From an uncultured cyanobacterium (GTDB lineage Bacteria > Cyanobacteriota > Cyanobacteriia > CAKZMO01), in the NCBI GenBank assembly GCA_963719515.1, contig CAVRCJ010000003.1:416001-480000 (forward strand): DNA of 64,000 nt, read 5' to 3'. The notes beneath the pieces are model-generated. The model had not been told where the DNA came from and did not search any database. It saw nothing but the letters and a program-made list of their open reading frames with translations. The position numbers and the translations under genes are program-made. Positions 31,565 to 42,046 of this stretch are shown here, one piece after another. The first letter of the stretch is position 1. Every line of letters starts with the position of its first letter.

Positions 31565-34031
31565 GTGGGTTTTTACCTCGTGCCTCCTAAATCCTTTCCC
31601 CCCAAAGCAGCTCAGCAGCCCACCCCAACTCGGCTCATTCAGCAGTGGGTCAATCGGGTTGTGAGCGCCGGGGCGATCGCTGTATTGTCGGCGGGCTCGG
31701 GGTATGCTGATGCCGCGATCGCCAACCCAAGCGCCACTGACGCAGGGCAGCCCAGCGAGAGAACCACCCTTGCCCAAGCGCAGCCAGAACTACAGCAGCT
31801 GACGGCATTGCTCGATGCTGTTTTAGAGGCTGCCGCCACCATCGACGCGCCCCAGCCCAGCGCCGAGGCGCTGAGCGACATTGCCGGTGCATACGTGGCG
31901 CTGGGAGATGCGCAGCAAGCCGCGACGGTGATTGAATCAGCCCGACGAGCCGCTTTTAGCATCGACGAGCCCAGCGAAAAATCTTCTGCGCTGACCGCCG
32001 TTACGACAGTATACGGGCAGATAGGAAACCCACAGCAGGCCGCAACGGTGTTTGAAGCGGCCCTGCAGGCTGCCGTCAGCATCAGTGATCCTGAGACTCG
32101 GTCCAATGCGTTGAGTAAAATCGTACGGGCTGCGGCTCAGCTGGGAGAAGTTCAGCAGGCTGCCATGGTGATCAAATCAACGCTACAGACAATTCTTATC
32201 GATGAGTCTAGCTTTGATATCGAGATAATAGATGATTTTGTAGGTGCCGTTGAGCAAATAGAGGATAAGCAGAAGGCCGCGACGGTGCTTGAAGCCGCTT
32301 TAGAAGTGACTGGTACTGTTAATGAGCCTGCTACCAAAGCCCTACTGTTGAGCACTATTGGGTACGCGTATGGGCAATTGGGAGACGCGCAGCAGGCGGT
32401 GACGCTGCTCGAAGCCACCCTGGCGATCGCGATCGTAGAGCCTGAGTATAAGTCCTATCTGTTAAGCACTGTCGTAAGAGCCGCTGAGCCATTGGAAGGC
32501 TTGCCGCAGGTGGCACCGATCCTTGAAGCCGTGCTAGAGGAAACTTCTGGCCTGGAAGCGCCTCGCGACCAGCTGGGGATTTTAACCGCCATCCTGCATT
32601 CGGCTGAGAAATTGGAAGACGCGCAGCAGACAGAACTGCTGCTCGAAGCTGCGCTAGAAGCTGCGGCTGGGTTTGATGACCCTGAGCATAAATCCTCTGC
32701 GTTGAGCGAGATTGCGATCGCCTATAAGCAATTGGGAGACATCCCGCAAGCGGAGATGGCCCTCGAAGCAGCCCTAGAAACCGCAAGCGGCATCGATAGG
32801 TCAGCCAGTTCTAGGGCCCATGTGCTGATTGCTATTGCCAGGGTATACGGACAGCTGGGAGACTCGCAGCGCGCCGCAGCGCTTCTTAGCGCGACGCTAG
32901 AGGATGCGGTCAATGCTGGTGCGCCTCACAACGAAACCTCTACCTTGAGCTACATCGTGAGTGTGGCGGGACAGCTAGAAGACGTGCAGCAGGCGAGAGT
33001 AGTGCTCGAAGCGGCCTTAGCAGTAGCTGACGAGAGGGATTCTCACACGCTGACTGCGATCGCGGATGCCTACGGACAGCTGGGAGAGCCTCAGCAAGGG
33101 GCGACGGTGCTCCAGGTAGCGCTGCAGAGCACTGCAAAAATGGATGACCCGTTCTTCACAGAGGCGGTCAGAAACGGTTCGTTTCTCCTACACCCTAAAT
33201 ACGAGGCGCTCAAGCGCATTGCGGCATCAGCCCGAAAACTGGGAGATGTCGAGCAGACGACGCTCATTCTCAAGGCTGCTTTAGAAGCTGCAGCCAGTGT
33301 TGATACGCCTTACTACACAGTCACTACAATACTTGAGATTCTGAATCCATTTAGGCCAGAGCTGCTGTTCGTTCCCCCACCGGAAGGCGCGAAAGAAGCG
33401 CAGGCAGAAGTGCAGGTGGCGACAGTTCTTGAAACTGGGCTGGAAATTGCCGCCGAAATGGAGAGTCTTAGCAATAGATCCCGCGTGCTGGCCGCTGTTG
33501 CCTACGCCGCACGGAAGCTAGAAGACCCGCAGGAAGCCGCAAGGATTCTTGAAGCCGTACAACAGGCCACGAACGACATCACTGTGCCTTATTCAAGAAC
33601 GTCGCCCTTGATCAATATCTCAAGGGCGTATGCAAAGCTGGGAGATTCTCAGCAGGCGGCAGTGGCTTTCAACGACCGTGGTACAGGCCACCCTCAACGT
33701 CGATGACCCCGATGCCCAATCCTCTCTGTGGAGTTCGCTCGCGTCGTACTGCATCGCGCGAACAGACGAGCCCCAGCCGATGATTCTCGAAGCTGCGCTG
33801 CTCGCTAGCTCCAACATCGACCAGCCCAGCACCAAGTCCTACATGCTGGGCACCATTGCCAACTCGGCCGGAGACCTGAGAGATGTGCAGCAGGCGGCGA
33901 CGCTGCTTGAGGTAACCCTAGAGGCCAGCACCGATCTCAACGAGCCCAGCGATAAGTCCTCCGTGCTGCAGGCGATCGCGATCGCAGTGGGTCAATTGGC
34001 AGCTGGGCCGCTAGCGGCAAATCCGCTGTAG
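31565..34031 (+). CDS. secreted alpha-helical (TPR-like) repeat protein, frameshift near 33670
   Basis: ~39-aa repeats of the type YGQLGDxQQAAxVLEAALxAA continue in the 33630-34031 frame; signal-like segment near the N-terminus. Confidence 0.8.
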
Positions 34032-34037
34032 CGCCCT

Positions 34038-34520
34038 TTAGCGCCAGCGCAGCGTCAAATGACCCAGCTCAGGCCGCGCCATCTCCTGCTCATCCACCCA
34101 GTCCACCGCCTTGTAGGTGCCAAACACGTGGTCCCACCAGTCCACCGCCAGCCCAAAATTGTAGTACCACATGTTGTACTTGTGGTGGACATAGTGCACC
34201 GGCATCTTCATCCAAAAGCACTTGGACGGGTTCTCGTGCTGCAGCTGGTGCGCATAGGCCGAAAAAGCCGCAAAGCTCACCGCGCCCAGCACCCAGCCCA
34301 GACCCGCTTCAATTGAGATAAAGAACGGCGGCACCATGGCCACGGCCCCACCCTTCACATAGTCCAAAAACTCCCACAGCACCCCCTGCCCCTCATTGCG
34401 GCGATGGTGGTCGCGGTGCCGCTGGCCCACCTTGGGCGACTTGTGCATCAGCCGGTGCATCCAATACTCCACCAGGCTGGCGAAAATAAAGGCGACAACA
34501 AAAAAGAGAATCCCAATCAT
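34038..34520 (-). CDS. sterol desaturase / fatty acid hydroxylase family protein
   Basis: His boxes HRLMH, HRDHH, HQLQH and HYVHH, plus NFG...WDHVFGT. Confidence 0.88.
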   Translation of the reverse strand: MIGILFFVVAFIFASLVEYWMHRLMHKSPKVGQRHRDHHRRNEGQGVLWEFLDYVKGGAVAMVPPFFISIEAGLGWVLGAVSFAAFSAYAHQLQHENPSKCFWMKMPVHYVHHKYNMWYYNFGLAVDWWDHVFGTYKAVDWVDEQEMARPELGHLTLRWR

Positions 34521-34780
34521 AGCGTCCTCAGTTCACACCACAGGTCACGAAGTTTTACAGGTGATTCTATATTGTAAAGATGGTTTGAGGGTTTGGGGAA
34601 CAATCGGTTTATCAAGTGGACTAGCCTAAGCTCCACAGACCAGACCAGCCGCACTGGAAACTGCGCGCGTCACCTTGTGTGCTAGGCATGAAGATTGGCC
34701 TTCCGACTCCCCCGATAATCTGGCTGGGCTGATATCATAATGCGATATAGAACCTCCCCGCCTTTCACTGCTGTATCCCT

Positions 34781-35146
34781 ATGCTCACTTACAAAAGCTA
34801 CACTGCGGAACTCAACGTTGACGTCGATGCAGGGCTACTGCGGGGCCAAGTCCTCGACATCAAAGACGTGGTTACCTTTGAGGGCAAAACCGTTGAGGAA
34901 GCGGCTCAGGACTTTCACCGCTCAGTGGACGAATATTTAGCTTTCTGCAAAGAGCTGGGGCAAAAGCCAGACAAGCCCTTTTCAGGGCGGCTGCTGTTTC
35001 GCACCTCCCCCGACATTCACCGGAGCATCTACCTCGCCGCCAACAAGGCGGGGAAGAGCATCAACTCTTGGATTGAAGAGGTGGTTAAGCGGGCGGCTCA
35101 GCACGCCCTGGGCGATCGCAGCGACTCCCAGCGGCGCTCGGCCTAG
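34781..35146 (+). CDS. HicB family antitoxin (no adjacent hicA)
   Basis: MLTYKSYTA...DVVTFEG...SVDEYL...KPFSG...SINSWIEE. Confidence 0.88.
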   Translation: MLTYKSYTAELNVDVDAGLLRGQVLDIKDVVTFEGKTVEEAAQDFHRSVDEYLAFCKELGQKPDKPFSGRLLFRTSPDIHRSIYLAANKAGKSINSWIEEVVKRAAQHALGDRSDSQRRSA

Positions 35147-36648
35147 AGATTCGGCGACTTGGGCACAATTTGAGCGATCGCCTGCGCCACAAACCGCTTC
35201 AGAAACTCCTCTCGGCGCTCTAGGCCATACTGCTCCTGCACCACCGCCATGATGCCGCCGTCTCCCCAAGTTTGCTGACGGCGAAAGTACTCCGCAAAGC
35301 TCTTGCCCGCAATCCGCGTCAGGTAGGCCGCCGTCATTCCCTGCACCCCTTGGCCAATCAAAATCGTGCCGGGATTGAGCCGCATGGTTATCGTGAGCAG
35401 CTCTGTCGCCCCCTTGACGATGCCCACGCCTCCCAAGGTTCTCGCCAAAGAGAGGGCTAGCGCCTTGGCCTCTTCAACCGACACCTCACAGCCATACACC
35501 CGCCCCAGCTCAATCACCATCTGCGCATTGACGGCAGCTGCCGCCAGCAGATCGACCACGGGCAGCGGCATCACCGCCACCACGCCGCCGCTAATCCACT
35601 GATAGCGCTCGATGACGGCGTCGGCCTGGGCCTGCCGCTGCTGGGCCACCACAGCGCGGGCCTCCTCCCCCAGCTGCCGCGACTGCAGCAAAATATTGTC
35701 GGCAATCAGGTCGTCTCCGTCCTGCCTGAGGATGGCCGCAATGCGCTTGAGCAGGGGCAAAATCTGGGGCGGCGGGGTGACCTGCTCGCCGTCTACCCGC
35801 ACCGGGGCCGGGGCTGCGGCGATCGCCACCACATCTTCAGGGGCCAGGTCTCCGACCCGCTGCTGCAGCTGGGCCACAATCGCCTCCCGCTCCGCGTTGG
35901 GATAGCGGTCCGCCTTATTGAGCACCAGCACCAGCCGCTTGCCCACCGCCAGCAGCGATCGCAGCAGCCCATATTCCGACTGCTGCAGATCGTTGTCCAC
36001 CACCATCAAAATCAGGTCGGCCTCAGCCGCCAGCTGCAGCGCTGTCTGGCCGCGCTCTTCCCCCCAAAGGCTCGCCTCTGACAGTCCTGGCGTGTCGATC
36101 AGCTTGATGTAACGAGAGACGCCGCGAAACCGCAGCCGGTAGGCCTGGCTGGCCGTGGTGGTGCCCATGGCGACGTCGGTGTCCCCCACGGGACGACCGA
36201 CAATCGCGTTAATGGTCGAGGTCTTGCCCGTGGAGCCGGTGCCGAACACCACAACCCGCAGCTCGTCCCCATCGAACCGCTGCGCCACCCGCCGCGATCG
36301 CTGCTGCAGAGCCTGCCGGGCGACTTCGTCCTGCACCTGGTCAATCTGCTGCTGCAGGGCCTGCAGCGTTTTGTCAGCAGCTTCCACCGTCGAGCGGGGG
36401 GCAGCGGGCCGGGCGGGCGATCGCGAGCGACGGAACTGAATCGCATAGTAAGCAAGCAGGCCCACCAAGACGGCGATCGCCACCCCTAGCAAGCCCAGCA
36501 GCAGCTGCGCCAGCAGTGGAGACACCGCAGCGACGCTGAGATAGAGCTGCTGCACCGAGGCCGTAAACCACAGCAGCAGTAGTAGGGTCAGCACAACCCC
36601 TAGGCAAATTAACAGGAGACGCGATCGCGGCATAGGTGGCGTGTTCAA
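35143..36648 (-). CDS. membrane-anchored GTPase with DUF697/YcjF domain
   Basis: N-terminal TM helices; GTGSTGKT, DTPG and NKAD motifs; PLPVVDLLA in the C-domain. Confidence 0.88.
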   Translation of the reverse strand: MNTPPMPRSRLLLICLGVVLTLLLLLWFTASVQQLYLSVAAVSPLLAQLLLGLLGVAIAVLVGLLAYYAIQFRRSRSPARPAAPRSTVEAADKTLQALQQQIDQVQDEVARQALQQRSRRVAQRFDGDELRVVVFGTGSTGKTSTINAIVGRPVGDTDVAMGTTTASQAYRLRFRGVSRYIKLIDTPGLSEASLWGEERGQTALQLAAEADLILMVVDNDLQQSEYGLLRSLLAVGKRLVLVLNKADRYPNAEREAIVAQLQQRVGDLAPEDVVAIAAAPAPVRVDGEQVTPPPQILPLLKRIAAILRQDGDDLIADNILLQSRQLGEEARAVVAQQRQAQADAVIERYQWISGGVVAVMPLPVVDLLAAAAVNAQMVIELGRVYGCEVSVEEAKALALSLARTLGGVGIVKGATELLTITMRLNPGTILIGQGVQGMTAAYLTRIAGKSFAEYFRRQQTWGDGGIMAVVQEQYGLERREEFLKRFVAQAIAQIVPKSPNL

Positions 36649-36808
36649 GCGCCCAGTTAGACTTAGCTCAGGCTAGCCTAAGTATAAACCTCGTCTAAGT
36701 TGGCAAGTGAAGCTCTCCCCTCCAGGGGAAATCTCCAGCTCCCCAAATAAATCTGGTTTAGAACGCTTGAATAGGCCCAGTTCGAACTAGAGCAATCTAG
36801 TAGCTCGG

Positions 36809-37060
36809 TCAACGCTGCTCGCGGGGCTTTGCTTTATTGAGGCGTATCTCTCGGCCCATCCACTCCGCTCCATCAAGCTCTTGAATGGCCGCTTCTTCCT
36901 CAGTATCGCTATCCATATCGACAAAACCAAATCCCCGCTGCCTGCCGGTTTCTCGGTCGGTGGGCAAGCTAATGCGCTTAACCGTCCCATACTCGACAAA
37001 AACACTCCGCAAGTCATCTTCAGTCGCCTGAAACGACAGGTTACCAATGTAAATAGTCAC
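36809..37060 (-). CDS. RRM RNA-binding protein (cyanobacterial Rbp family)
   Basis: (M)TIYIGNLS RNP2 and RGFGFVDM RNP1; GTG start preceded by GGAG. Confidence 0.93.
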   Translation of the reverse strand: MTIYIGNLSFQATEDDLRSVFVEYGTVKRISLPTDRETGRQRGFGFVDMDSDTEEEAAIQELDGAEWMGREIRLNKAKPREQR

Positions 37061-37187
37061 AATTTTCTCCAACCAATCTAAATCGATTCCGTAGAAGCTA
37101 GTTCTGTTGACTTATGCAGCTCGATAGCTGTGCCATCTCACTGACATCGCCGCCATAATAGCCGATTTATCGAAAAATATCAGTTGC

Positions 37188-38543
37188 CTAAGCATCACGC
37201 TCGGCCCATGCCCTCATTTTACCTGGATTCATCAAGCCGTAGGGGTCTACCTGCTGCTTAAACCGAAGCTGCGCCGGGTTTATAGTCTTACGTCCACCAT
37301 CTTCCAAAATGTAGGTGTGGGGGTTGGCGATGAACGCGCCTTTGTCCTCGTGATACACGATAATCTCCTGCAGTCGCTCCTGGGTTTGATAGCGCACCAG
37401 CTGCAGCGCGGCGGGAATAACTTTCCCCCCGACTCGGAAAAACTCTAGGTGCATCATTACTTCGTCGCCAAAGCGGTTATACATATGCTCAACAAGGTCC
37501 AGACCTCCCTCAACAAACAGGGTCTGTAGATAGGTGAGACTGGGGTCTACGTTGCGGGCATGGAGGGTGGTGTGATTCCAGGTATATTCCATCAGCAAAG
37601 TGCCTTTTCCAGCCTCCTGGGCGGGCCTCTCGTAGGTGAGACGGCCGCCAAGTTCTTCCACTAAATCCCTGAAGGCCTGCTGGTCGGCTTCCGACACCAT
37701 GAGTAGGGCCGCGTGGCAGCCGTCCGGTAAATAAGGTTTGAGAGCTGCGAAGTACTGAGGCACCGGGTCGGCGCAGACGCAAATTAGCTTTTTCGCGATG
37801 CCGTCGGCGTCTCCTAGCGCTTGGCCGAAGCGAGCTGCCGTCATGAAATCATCAAAAACAGCGATCGCCTCCTGCCAGGGATAGGCCGGAGCTAGGGGAA
37901 TTTCCAGCTGGGTGATGATGCCGTTGGTGCCGTAGGCATGGTTCACCTGCTGCACGGCGTCCCCCCGCAGCTCAATAACCCGGGGCTCATCTTCTAGGGT
38001 GACCACCCGCACCGCCTGCAGGTTGCCGCGATCGCGCAGCTGCCCGTAGGTAATCGAGCCAATGCCGCCGCTGCCACCCCCGATAAAGCCGCCGATGGTG
38101 GCGGTGCGGTAGGTGGAGGGGGTCATGCGAATTTCCCATCCCGTGGGGCGGGTTTGTTTGTCGAGGGCGGCCAGCTTTACCCCCGGGTCCATGCAGGCCC
38201 GCCCCGGCTGAATCCAATGGATGGTCTGCATGGCGCTCAAGTCGAGGATGACGCCGCCCTCTAGGGGCACACACTGACCGTAGTTTCCCGTGCCGGCCCC
38301 TCGCACCGTGAGCGGCACGCGGTGAGCCACGCAGACTTGGGCCACGCGCAGGACTTCTGCTTCTGAGGTGGGGCGCACCGCTAGGTCACCCCGGCAGCCC
38401 TCGAGCTGGGGGGTGAGGATGGGGCTGAAGGTGTAGTAGTCCTGACTCAGCTTAGCGAGCTGGTTGGGATCGCGAATCACGGTGAGGGCGGCGAGATCCT
38501 GGGCGATCGCGTCCCAGTTGGGGGTCGAAGTGGCGACGGTCAT
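37188..38543 (-). CDS. FAD-binding oxidoreductase
   Basis: RGAGTGNYGQCVPLEGG, ATIGGFIGGG and DPYGLMNPGK motifs. Confidence 0.9.
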   Translation of the reverse strand: MTVATSTPNWDAIAQDLAALTVIRDPNQLAKLSQDYYTFSPILTPQLEGCRGDLAVRPTSEAEVLRVAQVCVAHRVPLTVRGAGTGNYGQCVPLEGGVILDLSAMQTIHWIQPGRACMDPGVKLAALDKQTRPTGWEIRMTPSTYRTATIGGFIGGGSGGIGSITYGQLRDRGNLQAVRVVTLEDEPRVIELRGDAVQQVNHAYGTNGIITQLEIPLAPAYPWQEAIAVFDDFMTAARFGQALGDADGIAKKLICVCADPVPQYFAALKPYLPDGCHAALLMVSEADQQAFRDLVEELGGRLTYERPAQEAGKGTLLMEYTWNHTTLHARNVDPSLTYLQTLFVEGGLDLVEHMYNRFGDEVMMHLEFFRVGGKVIPAALQLVRYQTQERLQEIIVYHEDKGAFIANPHTYILEDGGRKTINPAQLRFKQQVDPYGLMNPGKMRAWAERDA

Positions 38544-38681
38544 GGTGCTTGGGTGATGTTAACTTTTGGAAAATTTTTGGCCAGTGGAGCGGCCCACAAG
38601 GTCTCAGCAGCGCTAGCTTAAATGCGATTCTGCGCTGAGCCCAAACCAACGGTGGACCCGTATCATTACTTGACCGTACTT

Positions 38682-38741
38682 GGCCGTGCGCAGATAGGCC
38701 GGGCGTAGATAGGCCGGGCGTAGATAGGCTAGGCGTGGATA
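38682..38741. repeat. 4 x 15-bp tandem repeat
   Basis: GGCCGTGCGCAGATA GGCCGGGCGTAGATA GGCCGGGCGTAGATA GGCTAGGCGTGGATA. Confidence 0.85.
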
Positions 38742-38931
38742 GATTACTGAAATTCTACCCCACGGGTTTCAGCTCACTGCGTTCTCAAAGCCTGTTTTCT
38801 GCGGGGTTAAACTTTGCGGCGACACCAGCGTTGTCATTCTGCCTCGAGGCCGCCCCCCTCACCCCCCAGATATCGGTATAATTCAACAGGACTTGAGGCG
38901 GTGAGTACCCCGTCCTGTGCGATTGTGGCCT

Positions 38932-39723
38932 ATGTCTTCAACGTCATCATTTCGTCCCCGTAACCGTTCCATCGTCACTGCTAGCACCGTTTTGGTGACG
39001 TTCTTGGTCAACGTTTGGTCAAATATTGCACCTATAAACGGCCAAACTATTGGTGATATTTCTAACCAGCAGTTCGCCGATATCCTAATTACCCCTGCAA
39101 GTTACGCCTTTGCCATTTGGGGTTTGATCTATATCGGGCTGTTCATCCTAGCGGCCTATCAGCTCCGGCCTGCACAGCAAGGCAATCCTCGATTCCACGG
39201 CACCTACTGGCTCGTAGCGGCCTGCCTAGCTCAAATTCTTTGGGTGTTTTTGTTTTTGACGGAGCAGTTTGTCGCCTCGCTGGCGGCGATGGTGGCGATT
39301 TTGGTCCCCCTCATTGTGTTCTACATCGATCTGCGCCGCGAGGGGCGACCCTCTGCCGTCGAGAAATGGCGATCGCAGCGCCCCATCAGCCTCTATCTGG
39401 GATGGATTTCCGTCGCTACGATTCTCAACGTGGCCATTGCCCTCGAAAGCGCCGGGTGGCGGGGCTGGGGAGTTCCTCCGGTGGCGTGGACGGTGCTGAT
39501 GATAGCTGTGGCGGCGGCGCTAGGGGCGCTGATGCTGTGGCTGCAGTCGGACTGGGTTTATACGGGCGTTGTCATCTGGGCGCTAGTGGCGATCGCAGTT
39601 CGGCACAGCGATCGCCCTGTTCTGGGGGGTGTGGCAGCGGTGGGGGCGGGGCTGCTGACGCTGCTGGCGAGCTGGCGATATTGGCGGGCGGGCGCAGCAC
39701 CATACCGACGCAGGTCGCGGTGA
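38932..39723 (+). CDS. tryptophan-rich sensory (TspO/MBR-like) membrane protein
   Basis: ITPASYAFAIWGLIY and ISLYLGWISVATILN motifs; multiple TM helices. Confidence 0.82.
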   Translation: MSSTSSFRPRNRSIVTASTVLVTFLVNVWSNIAPINGQTIGDISNQQFADILITPASYAFAIWGLIYIGLFILAAYQLRPAQQGNPRFHGTYWLVAACLAQILWVFLFLTEQFVASLAAMVAILVPLIVFYIDLRREGRPSAVEKWRSQRPISLYLGWISVATILNVAIALESAGWRGWGVPPVAWTVLMIAVAAALGALMLWLQSDWVYTGVVIWALVAIAVRHSDRPVLGGVAAVGAGLLTLLASWRYWRAGAAPYRRRSR

Positions 39724-39819
39724 TGGTCCAGTCCACAACTGACCCACACGAGATCGCGCAATTCGCCTTAAAATTCAGGCAGGGGAGTGCCCCAAAGCAG
39801 CAGTAACGGAAGCATCAGC

Positions 39820-40809
39820 ATGGATATCAAAGACGGGTTTGTCGGTACCGTAGGCAATACGCCCCTAATTCGGCTTAACCGGGCCAGCGACGAAACTGGG
39901 TGCAGCATTCTAGGTAAAGCCGAGTTTCTCAACCCTGGCGGTTCCGTCAAAGACCGGGCAGCGCTATTCATCATTCAAGATGCCGAAGAGAAGGGGCTGC
40001 TGAAGCCGGGGGGAACCGTGGTGGAAGGGACGGCGGGCAACACCGGCATTGGCCTAGCCCACATCTGCCGCGCCAAGGGCTACAAGTGCCTGATCGTGAT
40101 TCCCGAAACCCAGTCCCAGGAAAAGATGGACATGCTGAGGATGCTGGGAGCTGAGGTGCGCCCGGTGCCTGCGGTGCCCTACCGCAACCCTGAAAACTAC
40201 GTGAAGGTGTCGGGGCGGCTGGCGAAGGAGATGGACAACGCCATTTGGGCCAACCAGTTCGACAACTTGGCCAACCGACAGTCCCACTATGAGACCACCG
40301 GGCCGGAAATCTGGGCGCAGACCGACGGGAAAGTGGACGCCTGGACGGCGGCAACGGGGACGGGGGGCACCTATGCGGGGGTGGCCCTGTTCCTGAAGGA
40401 GAAGAACCCCGAGGTGAAGTGCATCGTGGCTGACCCCATGGGGAGCGGGCTATATAGCTATATCAAGACGGGGGAAATTAAGCCCGAGGGCGGCTCCATT
40501 ACTGAGGGCATTGGCAACAGCCGTATCACCGCCAACATGGAAGGGGTGCCCATTGACGATGCGGTGCAGGTGCATGACGACGATGCGCTGAAGGTGGTGT
40601 ACGACCTGCTCTATGACGAGGGCCTGTTTATGGGGGGCTCGGTGGGCATTAACGTGGGGGCGGCGATCGCTCTGGCGAAGGAGATGGGGCCGGGACATAC
40701 GATTGTGACGGTGCTGTGTGATGGGGGCGGGCGGTATCAGTCGCGGCTGTTTAATAAAGAGTGGCTGACCGAGAAGGGATTTGACTTGGAGGCCATCGGG
40801 ATTGCCTGA
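39820..40809 (+). CDS. cysK: cysteine synthase A
   Basis: VGNTPLIRL, KAEFLNPGGSVKDR and GTGGT motifs. Confidence 0.9.
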   Translation: MDIKDGFVGTVGNTPLIRLNRASDETGCSILGKAEFLNPGGSVKDRAALFIIQDAEEKGLLKPGGTVVEGTAGNTGIGLAHICRAKGYKCLIVIPETQSQEKMDMLRMLGAEVRPVPAVPYRNPENYVKVSGRLAKEMDNAIWANQFDNLANRQSHYETTGPEIWAQTDGKVDAWTAATGTGGTYAGVALFLKEKNPEVKCIVADPMGSGLYSYIKTGEIKPEGGSITEGIGNSRITANMEGVPIDDAVQVHDDDALKVVYDLLYDEGLFMGGSVGINVGAAIALAKEMGPGHTIVTVLCDGGGRYQSRLFNKEWLTEKGFDLEAIGIA

Positions 40810-41095
40810 GGCTGAAGGTCGCTCAGAGCGGCAGGTGCTGGTGTGCCAAAATCGCACCTGCCGTAAGCAGGGGGCGGCAGAGGTGCTGGCGGCGTTTCGC
40901 GACCAGCCGGTTCCGGGGGAGGTGATGGAGAGCGGCTGCCTGGGGCAGTGCGGCAATGGGCCGATGGTGCTGGTGCAGCCGGATGAGGTGTGGTATTGCG
41001 GGGTGCGATCGGAGGAGGTGCCGGCGGTGGTGGAGCGGCATTTGAGAGAGGGGAAGCCGGTGAGGGGGATGCTGTATTCGAAGTTTCATGGGTGA
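40802..41095 (+). CDS. thioredoxin-like (2Fe-2S) ferredoxin
   Basis: VLVCQNRTC...SGCLGQCGNGPMVLV..WY...VERHL; start uncertain. Confidence 0.85.
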   Translation: MPEAEGRSERQVLVCQNRTCRKQGAAEVLAAFRDQPVPGEVMESGCLGQCGNGPMVLVQPDEVWYCGVRSEEVPAVVERHLREGKPVRGMLYSKFHG

Positions 41096-41218
41096 TGGAG
41101 GGCGTGCTGCTTGGGGGCTTGGGGGCCAGCGGCCCCCCGCATAGAACGGTATCTGTTAGCAGTTGGAGCGGTAGGGTTGGGTGAAGGCTAGCGCAACCTA
41201 CCGCCACGGGTTGAGCGA

Positions 41219-41530
41219 TTACCCTGTGGGTACGTCGAGCGATCGCAGCCGCATTAGGTAAAACAGCACCTGTCCCTGGCTCTGGGTGATGTTGACGCCG
41301 TTGGGGCCAATCTCGATGGGGCCGGTCCACATGGCCTGCTCCACGTAGCGCTTTAGGTGCAGCCGGTGGATGGTTTCGCGGACGGCTTCGGGGGAGCCGA
41401 TGATGATGTGGTGGACCACTTCGCCGCTGGGGCCAGGGTCGGGGGTGGTGATACGGGTGGGGGCGGCTTCGGTGGCCAGCGCGTCGGGTGCGGCCTCGGG
41501 TTGAGGTCGCTCGGGATATAGAAATGTCAT
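41219..41530 (-). CDS. small cyanobacterial hypothetical protein ('HHIIIGSP' family), copy 2
   Basis: 103 aa from MTFLYP; paralog of 31145-31477. Confidence 0.85.
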   Translation of the reverse strand: MTFLYPERPQPEAAPDALATEAAPTRITTPDPGPSGEVVHHIIIGSPEAVRETIHRLHLKRYVEQAMWTGPIEIGPNGVNITQSQGQVLFYLMRLRSLDVPTG

Positions 41531-41753
41531 GGGTTTTCTCTTTTTTTGGTGGTAAGAAAACCCAAAAATCGGGTCGATCCCTTGTCTTGGGCGTCTGGGA
41601 TGGCTGCAGATATTGGATAATACCTGCAGCTCATCGACAGGCTGACTCTGTCGAAGGGTCAGGGTGCGGCTGGTGTGTCTCAGCGCCAGTCGCGCCCGTT
41701 TGACCAAATTTTTGGGGTTTGTGGTTAAAGCTGCATCAGGTAACAGCTTCTAG
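41528..41753 (-). ncRNA. structured 5' leader RNA, copy 2
   Basis: same helix order as 30932-31147, with compensatory changes. Confidence 0.7.
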
Positions 41754-41759
41754 CAAATG

Positions 41760-41788
41760 AGTGTATCGGCAATGGGGCTTAAAGGCAA
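41760..41788 (-). promoter_or_regulatory. sigma70-type promoter of leader module copy 2
   Basis: minus strand TTGCCT-N17-TACACT with an upstream A-tract. Confidence 0.65.
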
Positions 41789-42046
41789 GGTTGATCTAGA
41801 TATTTTCTTGCCCGTGGTGGGGATTACCTTTGGGCTGAGCCAAGGCAAAGGAGAGCGATCGCCCCGTAGGGTGCCGTTACCGTGGGGTGGCGCACTACCC
41901 AGAGGAGCACGGCTAGAGGAACAGCCAGCCGATGATGAGCACGGCGACTAGTAGCCCGACTAAACCCAGGCAATTAGCGGTATCCCGTCGCCGCTTCCGC
42001 GCTACGGGCGTATCATCGCCGATGGCGGGGGCTGAGCGGCGGATTT

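Noticed and set aside
41531..41707. N-terminal extension of the small protein in the ORF track (also 31106-31144 for copy 1)
   Set aside because: The extensions run through the structured leader and are not conserved as protein; the paralogs support the ATGs at 41530 and 31145.
41914..41975. Minus-strand hydrophobic peptide CLGLVGLLVAVLIIGWLFL* as a type I toxin
   Set aside because: No start codon or RBS was found; more likely a gene-end remnant or chance.
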